Source: a bacterium (lineage in GTDB: Bacteria > Patescibacteriota > Minisyncoccia > Phycocordibacterales > UBA918). Taken from it: a stretch of DNA of 46,717 bases. This document shows, piece after piece, positions 7,984-17,947 of this stretch. The DNA lies in NCBI GenBank assembly GCA_038145135.1, contig JAYQPD010000004.1, positions 1-46,717 of the forward strand, read 5' to 3'. Numbering within the stretch: the stretch's first letter is position 1; every line of letters starts with the position of its first letter. A program made the position numbers and the translations under genes. The notes beneath the pieces are model-generated. The model saw only the letters and a program-made list of their open reading frames with translations, was not told the DNA's origin and did not search any database.

Positions 7984-10900
7984 ATGCGAAAGATATATAG
8001 TTTCGCGCGCTTTTTTGTGTCACTTACTGTGATGAGTGTACTGGTATTTTGGAATGTGTTCTCAGTACCATTTTCACCACTTCCATTTGGCCCGAAGGTT
8101 GCAGAGGCAGCACAGGCAAGTATTGATACAACGGCAAACTCGAATGGGAGTATGCAACTGCATGCAGGTCCACAGACGGTGTTCACGAGTGATCAGACTG
8201 GTTATAAATTCTATGTGGACTCTGGCGGTGATTGTGTGTACTCAAAGACGACCAACGGCGGTACTTCGTGGAATACTCCGGTCCAGATCGACTCACAGAC
8301 AGACTGTATCGGGATTGCGGTATGGTATGACAAGTGGACACCGAACGACACTGGGACAACGATCCATATTGCTACGATCGACTCATCAAGTAACAATGAC
8401 AACATCTTTTATAACGCACTCGATACCACGACCGATACACGACTTACCGGTGCGGCTGCGATCAATACCGACCCAGGCAACGTGCAGACCTACACGCTTG
8501 TAGCTGGCGCGAACTATCCTTCGATCACCAAAGCGACCAATGGAACACTCTATGTATCAGTCGATGACCGTACTGACTCAGCGGTGCTCCGCTGCTCTAC
8601 CACGTGTGGTACGGGAACCAACTGGACTGAAGCAGGAACGAGTCCTCAGGATGCACAAAACGACTTCTCAATACTTGTCCCATTGGTGAGTGGTAACGTG
8701 ATGATCATCAATCGTGACATTTCTGCGGGTGTGATCCGCTCAAAGATCTGGTACAACTCGATCAGTGCGTGGACAACAGCGTGGACCACTATCGATGCTG
8801 CGGCGACCGATAACGGCACGTATCCAGTCGGTCTTTCAGCCACTATCTCAACTTCAACTTCAGCTGCAACGAGTACAGTGTATTTGGCCTACACTGCTGA
8901 TAACACAACGCTGGGCACCGATGACGATGTGCGCGTCGGCGTGTATTCGAATTCCTCGTGGTCTACGGTAACACCGGTCCTTAATGACGCCAAAGGCATC
9001 ACCAGCGCTTCTATCGGACGTGACGAGAATTCAGGATCGATCTATCTCGCATATACTGCGCGCACAACGCCCGGTACCGCGAGTACGGGTAACGTGTACT
9101 GGAAGGTGAGTACCTCATCTATCAGTTCTTGGTCTGCTGAGCAGGGCCCGATCAATACTTCGTCAAACGACATGTATGGTGTTGATCTCAATGCACGTAA
9201 CAACCACCGCATTTACGCAACATGGTATGGAAGCACCGGAGCCACGGTGTTTGGTAATACGGTCGCAGACTTGACCTACGGCGTCATGGTATCGACGACC
9301 AAGTCACAAAATACCGAGGTGAGCGCCCCAAAGACCAACTACTACATCGGCGGTGTGTTCTCACTTCAGGAGCAAGTGAGTTCGCGCAACGTAACTGGTA
9401 TTACGATCGGAGAGAATGGGACCATCAACGGTACCTCAAGTGTTGCCAATATCAAGCTCTACTATGAAATGGACAACACCTATCCGTATGATTGTGCGAG
9501 TGTGCAGTATGATGGGGGCGGTGCAGAGTCCCAGTTTGGTGGTACCGATGCCAATGGATTCTCTGGAGCAGACGGCATCTCGTCATTCACCGGCTCGAGC
9601 GTGACCGTCTCGACCACGAGTGCTATGTGTGTATATGTGGTCATGGATATTTTGGACGCTGCGGTTGATGGTGCGACTCTCAATGTCTATGTGCCAACAC
9701 CATCGACCGGTGTAACCGTTACTGATGGTGGTGAAGTGACCCCAACTACAGACCTCGATATGAGTAGCTTTACCACGGTACGAAATGACTACCTGGTACA
9801 GACTGGTTACCACTGGAGGAATGACGACAACACTGAACTCCTTGCAACATCAAAGACCGGTGGCATTGAGAACACTGCGCTTTCTGCGCTTCAACAGGGA
9901 AGTCAGGCACGTCTTCGTGTTCAAATATCGAACACAGGTGGCACCACCTCGCCCTCATCACAGTTTCGCCTTGAATACAGTCGCGCGACCACTACCTGCA
10001 GCGCTGCCTACCTCTGGACCGATGTTGGTTCCACCACTGACGATTGGGATATGTATGATTCGATCCATCTCACCGACAACGACAGCACGAATGATATTGG
10101 AACTTCAACCGGTGGCGTTACGAATCCTATTGGAAAGACATTCCTCACCACTAACTATGGCGTGAAAGATGCCTCATCGACGGCAACTGCGGTGACGCTA
10201 ACCTCAAGTCAGTACACTGAGCTTGAATACTCGGTGGTCCCAACCGCATTCGCAACCGAAGGTAACACGTACTGTTTCCGCGTAACGAACGCCGGCACCA
10301 CACTGCAAAGCTACTCACAGTACCCCCGTGCCACCATCTCTGCTGACGTTAACGTGAGCGCGACCGGTACTGCGGCAACCTCAAAAGATATTCCGACCTC
10401 GAATGTGTACTTTGGAGGAGCGTACGTTATTAAAGAGAATACTTCCTCGCGTAGTGTGACCTCGATCACACTCACAGAGAACGGTACTGTCGATGCCCAA
10501 AACGACTTAAGCAACATCAGGATCAAATACGATCTCGACACCTCAAACCCTTACGATTGTGGATCAGAGTCGTATAGTGGCAGTGAGCTGCAGTATGGTG
10601 CTACGAGTAGCAGTTTCTCCAGTGCAAACGGTACATCCACCTTTACGGGCTCGGTCAGCATTACCACGACACAAACACTCTGTCTCTATGTGGTAGCTGA
10701 TATCAATGAGACTGCTAATAATGGTGATACGGTCAACATAGTCGTTAACAATCCATCGAATGATGTTGTGGTAAGTGGTGGCGGGTCAGTCTCGCCGTCG
10801 GCAACTCAGGACATCACGGGGTCAACAACCCTTGCCGGTGCTATCCTCTCGCAGACGCACTACCATTGGAGAAACAACGACGGTGGCGAATCGACCTCGA

Positions 10901-13900
10901 CCTCGGCAACGCTCGGAGTAGAAGACACACCACTCGACTCACTCCCCACAGATACTCCGATACGACTTCGTCTTCAGGTATCAAATAGTGGCTCGACCTC
11001 GACACCATCAACTGCGTATCGACTCATGTATGGCGCGAAAGTGACAACCTGTAGTGCAGTAGGTACCTGGACGGATGTCGGGTCCGCGACAGATGCGTTC
11101 GATATGTACAACACGATCAATCTCACTGACGGAAACAACACTACAGATATCGGAACCAGTACTGGCGGTGTCTCAAATCCAGGTGGAAAAACACTTCTCA
11201 GTTCTAACTTTGGTGTCAAAGATACTTCTTCATTGGTGGCATCCACTTCGCTCACCACCTCACAGTTCACCGAACTGGAATTTTCGATCGTGAGCTCGAG
11301 CACCTTTGCTGGCTTTGATGTTCCGTACTGCTTCAAGGTAGTGAAGGGGACCGGGTCTGATCTGGATACGTACAGTTCCTATGCAGAGCTCACGACCGCA
11401 CCAAAACGTGACTTCAAGGTCCAGCGCAACTTTGTCACGATCCCTGCCTTTGCCTCATCTGCAACTATTACTGCTGGCTCTAACTACGACGCACCGTCTG
11501 CGTCAACGAGCGCGTTCATACGCATCACGAACTCAAGTCAAACCGGCGCGGGAAACAGTACCGGTGGTGGTAACCAGAACGCTGACGACGCGACTGCGTA
11601 CATTTCGGATCCATCGAATATCAAGAACAGTATAACGTTTGTGCGTTCTTCAACTGCGAACACTGAGACGCGCGTGTACTGGGAGATCGTTGAGTACATT
11701 GGGTCTGCGGGAGGCGATAATGAGATCATAGTGCGCGATCAAAAGACACTTACCTATGGCACTACCGCTACACAAGCGACAGGTACACCGTCAGCTGGTG
11801 TTGTGGATGATGCGGATATCGTGGTGTTCATCACTGGGCAGGGTTCACCCGATACGACGCGTACCAACTACGAGTCATTGCAGTCTACCTCTGCGTGGGA
11901 TAGTGCGACCGATCAACCAGCGTTCACACGCGGTGATCATGGTAATGATGCGGTGACCGTAAGCTATGCGGTCATTGAGTTCATTGGTCTCAACTGGCAG
12001 ATCCAGCGTGTTGAACATGCTTATGCAGCAGCCGGTATCACTGAAACAGAAAACATTACTTTGGTTAATGACCGCGCACATACGTTCTTGCACACACAAA
12101 AACGTGTCGGTGCGGGACTTAACGGTGTAGATGAGTTTGGTGCTCAGGTGACGCTCTCGTCAGTCGGTGTGGTTTCGTTCTGGCTTGAGCCGGGAGCGGG
12201 CACTACAACCGGACAGACCTCCGTTGCATGGGTCATCGAGAATTTGCAAACAGGCACGGGGCAGATGCTGGTCACACGCTCGGGGGCCGACATCACTGGC
12301 GGTACCTCTCCGCTCACCGTTTCGATCCCGATCGAGACGACTGTCGACGGTGTCGATAACACGTCGATCTTTGTCAACGATTCGAGTTCTGGTACCGGTA
12401 CCACATTTCCACAACCAATAGTTGGCGCGATGATCTCATCGACCACGCACTACATACTTTGGAGAAGCGATACCGGTTCGACACTCACCTATAAGACCGA
12501 GGTGGTTGAGTGGCCAGTACTCGCGCTCACGTACCAACAGAACTATTACCGACTCTATGTCGATAGTAATGACATCACCCCAACCGATCCATGGCCAGTT
12601 GGCGGGACCGCCGACCTGGGAGAGAACACGGCGCTCACCGCAGCAGACGAGCCACTTAAAGAGGGAGACGTTATTCGTATCCGTATGTCCCTGATCGTGA
12701 AGAACGCGACCATGCCGTCACTCACGCAGGCATTTCGACTGCAGTATGCTGCTCGTGATACGACGTGTAGTGCGGTTGCGAGTTCCGGTTGGTACACTCT
12801 TGGTGATACCTCATCGAGTACTATCTGGCGAGGCTACAATAGCGGCGGTATCACCGATGGTGCGACCATCAGCCCACTCACACTTTCTCCCTCAGATGTT
12901 GGTGGAACAATCGAGGAGACAAACGACTCAGCGGTGAACCCAAATAGCGCGGATGAGCTTCAGGACGTTGAATATGATTGGGTGGTGGAGCAAAACGGTG
13001 CACTCGGTGAAACAACATACTGTTTCCGCATGGTGCGCAACGACGGCACAGAACTCCAAGCATATAATTATTATCCACAGATACGTACTGCCTCGTTCAA
13101 CCCCGCTACCCAGAACTGGCGTTGGTATGGAGATGAAGGAAGTGAGACGCCCGCCACGTCACTGGCAAGCGAGAATACCTCACCTATCGATGTCGTGAAT
13201 CAGGATGTCATCAAGCTCCGCGTGACCGTCAAAGAACTCAATAACATCGGTCGCGATGACATACGATTTAAACTTCAGTATGACGAGACTGCAAATTTCT
13301 CTGACCCCATTGATGTGGTTGCATCGTCGACCTGTACTGCAACTTCTACCTGGTGTTATTCCGATGGAGGTGGCGCCGACAACGGTGTGATCTCAAGTTC
13401 AACACTTTCTGACGCCGATTCGTGTATTGCAGGCGTAGGCACGGGGTGTGGTACCCACAATGAATCATCAGTGTACCTGACTGGTTTCAGACAAGAGGGG
13501 AGCGCTGCCACAGAGTACGAGTTCACGATACGTCATGCCGGAGCTCGCGTAGGTGCCGTGTACTACTTCCGGCTGTATAGTTTGACCCACAGTATCCCAG
13601 TACCCACCAACAGTGGGGAGACCTATCCGTCACTCATTACCCAAGGTGGAGATCTGATGTTCACCTTGACCGGTGTTGCAACTTCGACGGTTGTCGAGGG
13701 AGTAACGACCGACGTTGGCACGACACCGACCACCATACCGTTCGGAGATTTCTTGGGGAACGCGACCAAGACCGCAGCGTACCAACTTGAGGTGAATACC
13801 AACTCGACCGAAGGTTACTCTGTGTTCCTCTACACCCGTGCGGGTCTTTTGTCAGCAAGTGGTGATCAGATCGATCCGATCACTGCGTCTAATACAGCAC

Positions 13901-14166
13901 CGCAAGCATGGGACTCAGCATGTATCGGCAGTTCGCTCGGGTGTTTCGGATACCACGCTGGTGATGATACGCTCTCTGGAGGTTCGACGCGCTTTGCTCC
14001 TGACAATACGTTCGCCGCTCTTGAGTCGACACCGCGTGAAGTGGCGCATGCCGATATTCCTATCGATGATATTGTGACCACGATATATCGGATCCGTATA
14101 AAGGACGGCCAGCCTGCGGGTATTTATGAGACAAATCTGGTGTATATTGTAGTACCATTCTTCTAG
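7984..14166 (+). CDS. 2060-aa modular secreted surface protein: Asp-box-like propeller region, duplicated beta-sandwich modules, C-terminal WxL-like segment
   Basis: Signal/anchor FFVSLTVMSVLVFWNVF. Asp-box-like TTNGGTSW. Tandem X-Y modules (X: ..NIKLYYEMDNTYPYDC.. / ..NIRIKYDLDTSNPYDC..; Y: YHWRNDDNTE...LRVQISNTG...FRLEY...TYCFRV, four copies). C-terminus reads LMFTLTGV..IPFGDF..YQLEVNTNSTEGYSVFLY...PAGIYETNLVYIVVPFF. Start moved to ATG 7984 (aaggg 8 nt upstream); the track start at 7885 overlaps the previous CDS. Confidence 0.75.
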   Translation: MRKIYSFARFFVSLTVMSVLVFWNVFSVPFSPLPFGPKVAEAAQASIDTTANSNGSMQLHAGPQTVFTSDQTGYKFYVDSGGDCVYSKTTNGGTSWNTPVQIDSQTDCIGIAVWYDKWTPNDTGTTIHIATIDSSSNNDNIFYNALDTTTDTRLTGAAAINTDPGNVQTYTLVAGANYPSITKATNGTLYVSVDDRTDSAVLRCSTTCGTGTNWTEAGTSPQDAQNDFSILVPLVSGNVMIINRDISAGVIRSKIWYNSISAWTTAWTTIDAAATDNGTYPVGLSATISTSTSAATSTVYLAYTADNTTLGTDDDVRVGVYSNSSWSTVTPVLNDAKGITSASIGRDENSGSIYLAYTARTTPGTASTGNVYWKVSTSSISSWSAEQGPINTSSNDMYGVDLNARNNHRIYATWYGSTGATVFGNTVADLTYGVMVSTTKSQNTEVSAPKTNYYIGGVFSLQEQVSSRNVTGITIGENGTINGTSSVANIKLYYEMDNTYPYDCASVQYDGGGAESQFGGTDANGFSGADGISSFTGSSVTVSTTSAMCVYVVMDILDAAVDGATLNVYVPTPSTGVTVTDGGEVTPTTDLDMSSFTTVRNDYLVQTGYHWRNDDNTELLATSKTGGIENTALSALQQGSQARLRVQISNTGGTTSPSSQFRLEYSRATTTCSAAYLWTDVGSTTDDWDMYDSIHLTDNDSTNDIGTSTGGVTNPIGKTFLTTNYGVKDASSTATAVTLTSSQYTELEYSVVPTAFATEGNTYCFRVTNAGTTLQSYSQYPRATISADVNVSATGTAATSKDIPTSNVYFGGAYVIKENTSSRSVTSITLTENGTVDAQNDLSNIRIKYDLDTSNPYDCGSESYSGSELQYGATSSSFSSANGTSTFTGSVSITTTQTLCLYVVADINETANNGDTVNIVVNNPSNDVVVSGGGSVSPSATQDITGSTTLAGAILSQTHYHWRNNDGGESTSTSATLGVEDTPLDSLPTDTPIRLRLQVSNSGSTSTPSTAYRLMYGAKVTTCSAVGTWTDVGSATDAFDMYNTINLTDGNNTTDIGTSTGGVSNPGGKTLLSSNFGVKDTSSLVASTSLTTSQFTELEFSIVSSSTFAGFDVPYCFKVVKGTGSDLDTYSSYAELTTAPKRDFKVQRNFVTIPAFASSATITAGSNYDAPSASTSAFIRITNSSQTGAGNSTGGGNQNADDATAYISDPSNIKNSITFVRSSTANTETRVYWEIVEYIGSAGGDNEIIVRDQKTLTYGTTATQATGTPSAGVVDDADIVVFITGQGSPDTTRTNYESLQSTSAWDSATDQPAFTRGDHGNDAVTVSYAVIEFIGLNWQIQRVEHAYAAAGITETENITLVNDRAHTFLHTQKRVGAGLNGVDEFGAQVTLSSVGVVSFWLEPGAGTTTGQTSVAWVIENLQTGTGQMLVTRSGADITGGTSPLTVSIPIETTVDGVDNTSIFVNDSSSGTGTTFPQPIVGAMISSTTHYILWRSDTGSTLTYKTEVVEWPVLALTYQQNYYRLYVDSNDITPTDPWPVGGTADLGENTALTAADEPLKEGDVIRIRMSLIVKNATMPSLTQAFRLQYAARDTTCSAVASSGWYTLGDTSSSTIWRGYNSGGITDGATISPLTLSPSDVGGTIEETNDSAVNPNSADELQDVEYDWVVEQNGALGETTYCFRMVRNDGTELQAYNYYPQIRTASFNPATQNWRWYGDEGSETPATSLASENTSPIDVVNQDVIKLRVTVKELNNIGRDDIRFKLQYDETANFSDPIDVVASSTCTATSTWCYSDGGGADNGVISSSTLSDADSCIAGVGTGCGTHNESSVYLTGFRQEGSAATEYEFTIRHAGARVGAVYYFRLYSLTHSIPVPTNSGETYPSLITQGGDLMFTLTGVATSTVVEGVTTDVGTTPTTIPFGDFLGNATKTAAYQLEVNTNSTEGYSVFLYTRAGLLSASGDQIDPITASNTAPQAWDSACIGSSLGCFGYHAGDDTLSGGSTRFAPDNTFAALESTPREVAHADIPIDDIVTTIYRIRIKDGQPAGIYETNLVYIVVPFF

Positions 14167-14169
14167 CGT

Positions 14170-15201
14170 ATGTCCCTCAACCTCCCACTACGTCATGTGC
14201 GCATCAATCTAGTATTCCTAGGAATTTTTCTCCTTCTGCCATTCAAAGCGGTGTTTGCGGACACACATACTGTCTCGCCGCTCATTGTCGACTTCAAAGC
14301 CGAAGCACGCACGATCGAGCATCGCACCATCACAGTGACCAATGGTGATTCAGGTGGCCGCGTCGACATTTTTCCGTTGGTCAACAATGTAACTGTTGGG
14401 GAAAGTGGCGGTGTCGAGGAGTTCATTTCTCCCACGATGACCGACCGAAGTACTAATCCGTCGAGTTGGATCGAGATACCAAGAAGAGCACTTGAACTTA
14501 AGCCTGGTGAAACAGGTACGGTCGACTTTACGCTTCGGATCGCACCGAAGGTGATGCCGGGTGTGTACCATGTACTTATCTCATTCGCAGCCGGACATAA
14601 CCAAGTTGAAGCCGAACGTAAGGTGGCTGCTGGGGTAGCCCCCGGTGTGATGGTCAATATCACCATTGAAGACAGATCGGTTGAGCTCCTCTCACTCACA
14701 CGCTTTTTGGTCGATCGCTTCATTGTTTCAAACGACAACGAAGCGATCTCATACGTTGTTGAAAATACTGGTGATGATCAACTGATCCCTTCTGGCTCCG
14801 TCATTATCTACAATCATCGCGGGGAGGAGGTTGGCTCAGTACCGGTCAATGCAGAAGCGGCAACAGTCCACCCAGGTGAGACGCGTACCTTCACCACAGC
14901 ACTCCCTATCGATGGGCTGGTCGGAAAGTATAAAGCGTACCTTGCGCTCAATTATGGCAATACACAGCGCGCACAACTTCAAGATACGACCTTCTTCTAT
15001 GCACTGCCATGGAAGAAACTCCTCGTCCTGTTCGGAGGAATACTCCTGGTCGCACTCGCACTCGCACTTCTCGCACATAAGCGTTTTGCTGGTGACGAAG
15101 AGGACTTCATTGATGATGACGGCGAGTATCTACCACTACACGTTCGCGAGACCGTATCGCAACCAGTACATCACGATATCGATATGAAACCGCGCATATG
15201 A
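14170..15201 (+). CDS. DUF916/DUF3324 (CscA)-like cell-surface protein with a C-terminal TM anchor
   Basis: Signal peptide; TVSPLIVDFKAEARTIEHRTITVTNGDSGGRVDIFPLVNN..; ..LKPGETGTVDFTLRIAPKVMPGVYHVLISF; second beta-domain ..VHPGETRTFTTALPIDGLVGKYKAYLAL; TM helix LLVLFGGILLVALALALLA followed by HKRF. Confidence 0.65.
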   Translation: MSLNLPLRHVRINLVFLGIFLLLPFKAVFADTHTVSPLIVDFKAEARTIEHRTITVTNGDSGGRVDIFPLVNNVTVGESGGVEEFISPTMTDRSTNPSSWIEIPRRALELKPGETGTVDFTLRIAPKVMPGVYHVLISFAAGHNQVEAERKVAAGVAPGVMVNITIEDRSVELLSLTRFLVDRFIVSNDNEAISYVVENTGDDQLIPSGSVIIYNHRGEEVGSVPVNAEAATVHPGETRTFTTALPIDGLVGKYKAYLALNYGNTQRAQLQDTTFFYALPWKKLLVLFGGILLVALALALLAHKRFAGDEEDFIDDDGEYLPLHVRETVSQPVHHDIDMKPRI

Positions 15202-16853
15202 CCATACGATCACCCATCAAATACTTTTCGTACGTCCTCATACTGTTTGCGGTCCTGTTTCTAGTATGGACTGTTTCGCTTCCTCTTGCCCTTGCACAGG
15301 AGCGCCAGTCGCTCTCGGTGACCCCGCCCTTTGCGCAGATGTCACTTACACGAAGTGGTGCGTTTAAGAGCTACGTGAAGATCATCAACCCAAACAGTTT
15401 TCCGCTTACTGTCTACGTGACGCCAGTCAACTTCGCAACAGCAGATGAAGCTGGGCATCCAAAATTCATTCCGCTCATTGATGAAGAGGCCGACAAAGGA
15501 ACGTTCGCCGGGTGGATCAAGGTGACGAGCGAGCCGATCACTATTGCTCCGGAAACCTCAAAAGAAGTCGATTACACGATCACAGTACCTGAAGACGCGT
15601 CGCCCGGAGGGCACTTCGCTGCACTTCTGATCGGCACACAGCCACCCAAGATCGACGGTGAAGCCGCAGCCCTCAAAACATCACAGGTGGTGACTGCGCT
15701 CCTTATGGCACGCGTTGAGGGAGAGGTGGTAGAGGCGGGGAGTATTCGAGAGTTTTCAGTCAGCCACTCCTTTGCGGGAACGCCACGTGCTGATTTTTCA
15801 CTGAGGTTTGAAAACACCGGTAATGTGTACTTACAACCGCAGGGCGATATTACGGTCTTCAATATGTGGGGCACAGAGCGCGGATATATCCCAGTCAATC
15901 AAAAGACCAACTTTGGAAACGTTCTCCCGAACAGTATCAGAAAGTTTGAATTTTCATGGGAAGGAGAACCGTCCCTCACCGACATAGGAAGGTATAAGGC
16001 AGTCGCGAGCTTGGGATTTGGTGAGAATGGAAGACAGTCGGTCGGTCGGATCGTATATTTTTGGGTCATACCAGTGAAGGCGACATTGATCACACTCTGT
16101 GTGCTCGTTCTGTTCGCACTTTTCATTACGTTCTCCATCCGCCTCTACATTCGCCATGCACTTAAGCTTGCTGGCTACGAGGAACGTGTGCAACGTTCAC
16201 AACCCCCTCTAGATAGACGATCGCGTCCCGAACCAACCCGCACAGTCCGACATGAAGCACGTATCACCAGAACGGTCATGACTGCACCACTTCGTGAAGG
16301 TGTGCTCGATCTTCGTAAGGCGGTGAGAAAACAGGATGGTGTAGTGAGTGAAGCACGCGGCATCTTGGGATTTGTGTCGGAGTATCGTATGTTCTTGGCT
16401 GCACTCTGTATCGCACTACTCGGGATCGCACTCATAGTCTGGTATGTCCTTGATGCGCGGAGTGCGAATAGGCCATACGAGATCACTGTGAAGAATGATG
16501 GCGGTGCGACCACTATCACCTCAGAAGAGATGGAGTCTGCTCGAAGTACGAATGAGCTTCAGAGAACTAAGACTGAGGTCAAGTCTGACGTTGCCATTGT
16601 GAACGCTAGTGGACTATCTGGTACAGCGTCCCAGGTAGTCGAACGTTTGAAACAGTCTGGATATAGCGTCACAGATGTATCGACCGATGCTGATGGAAGG
16701 GACTCAAGTGTGATCATTTTCAACGCTGGCGTGGCTCGCGAGGCGACCGCACTCTCGGAGTTGCTTGACGGCATGATACTCTCAGCACGTCCACAGGGGG
16801 AAGAAACCGATCCAAGTATACTGATTATCATCGGTCGCGACCGTGCGAATTGA
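15198..16853 (+). CDS. DUF916/DUF3324 (CscA)-like surface protein fused, past two TM helices, to a LytR_C-like domain
   Basis: LSVTPPFAQMSL..FKSYVKIINPNSFPLTVYVTPVNFAT..ITIAPETSKEVDYTITVPEDASPGGHFAALLIG. DUF3324-like ..NVLPNSIRKFEFSW..IGRYKAVASL. TM helix LITLCVLVLFALFITFSI and a second TM helix FLAALCIALLGIALIVWYV. LytR_C-like VAIVNASGLSGTASQVVERLKQSGYSV..VIIFNAG..ILIIIGRD. ATGA overlap with the previous CDS. Confidence 0.7.
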   Translation: MTIRSPIKYFSYVLILFAVLFLVWTVSLPLALAQERQSLSVTPPFAQMSLTRSGAFKSYVKIINPNSFPLTVYVTPVNFATADEAGHPKFIPLIDEEADKGTFAGWIKVTSEPITIAPETSKEVDYTITVPEDASPGGHFAALLIGTQPPKIDGEAAALKTSQVVTALLMARVEGEVVEAGSIREFSVSHSFAGTPRADFSLRFENTGNVYLQPQGDITVFNMWGTERGYIPVNQKTNFGNVLPNSIRKFEFSWEGEPSLTDIGRYKAVASLGFGENGRQSVGRIVYFWVIPVKATLITLCVLVLFALFITFSIRLYIRHALKLAGYEERVQRSQPPLDRRSRPEPTRTVRHEARITRTVMTAPLREGVLDLRKAVRKQDGVVSEARGILGFVSEYRMFLAALCIALLGIALIVWYVLDARSANRPYEITVKNDGGATTITSEEMESARSTNELQRTKTEVKSDVAIVNASGLSGTASQVVERLKQSGYSVTDVSTDADGRDSSVIIFNAGVAREATALSELLDGMILSARPQGEETDPSILIIIGRDRAN

Positions 16854-16885
16854 TGTGATAGAATGATCGTGTAAAGGATTATTCA

Positions 16886-17377
16886 TTGATCCCATTCACT
16901 ATGAACCAGCGTGCACTTATCATAGCCGTCGTCGTCTTCGTGCTCGTCGTCGCCGGTATGTTTGGTTATGCGTATATGAAGAAGCAAGAGCTTGCGCCAG
17001 CACCAACTCCATTTGTCGAGACCCCAACCCCTGAAGATGAGTCACCGATGCGGGTTGACGCAGTCCACTTCTTTAATGATGGGCAGCACACCATCGTCGG
17101 GGAGTTATTGCTTCCAACCCCGTGTCATCTCATCAAAGATGATGTTACCGTTGGTGAGTCAATGCCGGAGCAGGTAAAGATCGCGCTTTCACTCATCAAC
17201 AATGCAGACACCTGCGCGCAGGTCCTCACGCCGCAACGCTTCAGTGTGTCGTTCACTGCCTCACAGTATGCTGTCATTACCGTGACTGTAGATGGCAAAC
17301 CAGTGACTCTCAATCTTCGAGATGCCGGGCCTGATGAAAGCCCCGACACGCTTGATGAATTCTTCTTCAAAGGGTAG
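16886..17377 (+). CDS. Hypothetical N-terminally anchored small protein
   Basis: TM helix ALIIAVVVFVLVVAGMFGYAY. TTG at 16886 has aaagga 7 nt upstream and an extended -10-like tgaTAGAAT at 16856-16864. An alternative ATG lies at 16901. Confidence 0.55.
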   Translation: MIPFTMNQRALIIAVVVFVLVVAGMFGYAYMKKQELAPAPTPFVETPTPEDESPMRVDAVHFFNDGQHTIVGELLLPTPCHLIKDDVTVGESMPEQVKIALSLINNADTCAQVLTPQRFSVSFTASQYAVITVTVDGKPVTLNLRDAGPDESPDTLDEFFFKG

Positions 17378-17389
17378 TACGCTATCACC

Positions 17390-17929
17390 ATGGAGCTTAC
17401 ACGAAGGCATATCTTTGGAGTAGCAGCACTGATTGTCTTCTCAGGTCTCATGCTCTACGGTGCATTTATGTTGCGTGAGTATTTGGGCAATAGAAATACT
17501 GCTCAGAGTGAAGTGATCCGAACACTTTCTGTACCTGGACTCTCGCTTGAGAGCGGAGGTTCACTGGATCTCGGTACGCTTAATGGCCGTGTCGTTGTCG
17601 TGGTGTCGTGGGCGACATGGTGCCCGTCATGTCATCAGCTTCTTCAAGATCTCGACCGTGCTAAGGAACGGTTTGGCGACAAGCTCGAAGTGGTGGCGGT
17701 TGATCGTGCAGAAGAGCCACAGGTCGTTCGTGATTACCGAAAAGCTTTTCCACTTCCTGGACGTATTACGTACGTGACCGATCAAGATGACGCGTATTTT
17801 AATACGATCGAAGGACGGTCCATGCCTGAGTTGATCATCTATGATCAGGAAGGCGGTGTGGTAGAACACCGGATCGATGTACCATCATTCGATGTGTTGA
17901 TGACGCGCCTCGATGGTCTCATCGACTAA
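17390..17929 (+). CDS. TlpA/ResA-like membrane-anchored thiol:disulfide oxidoreductase (thioredoxin fold)
   Basis: N-terminal TM helix, then VVVVVSWATWCPSCHQLLQDLD with a CxxC motif in the typical thioredoxin context. Confidence 0.8.
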   Translation: MELTRRHIFGVAALIVFSGLMLYGAFMLREYLGNRNTAQSEVIRTLSVPGLSLESGGSLDLGTLNGRVVVVVSWATWCPSCHQLLQDLDRAKERFGDKLEVVAVDRAEEPQVVRDYRKAFPLPGRITYVTDQDDAYFNTIEGRSMPELIIYDQEGGVVEHRIDVPSFDVLMTRLDGLID

Positions 17930-17947
17930 TCACGTAACCAATAATCC

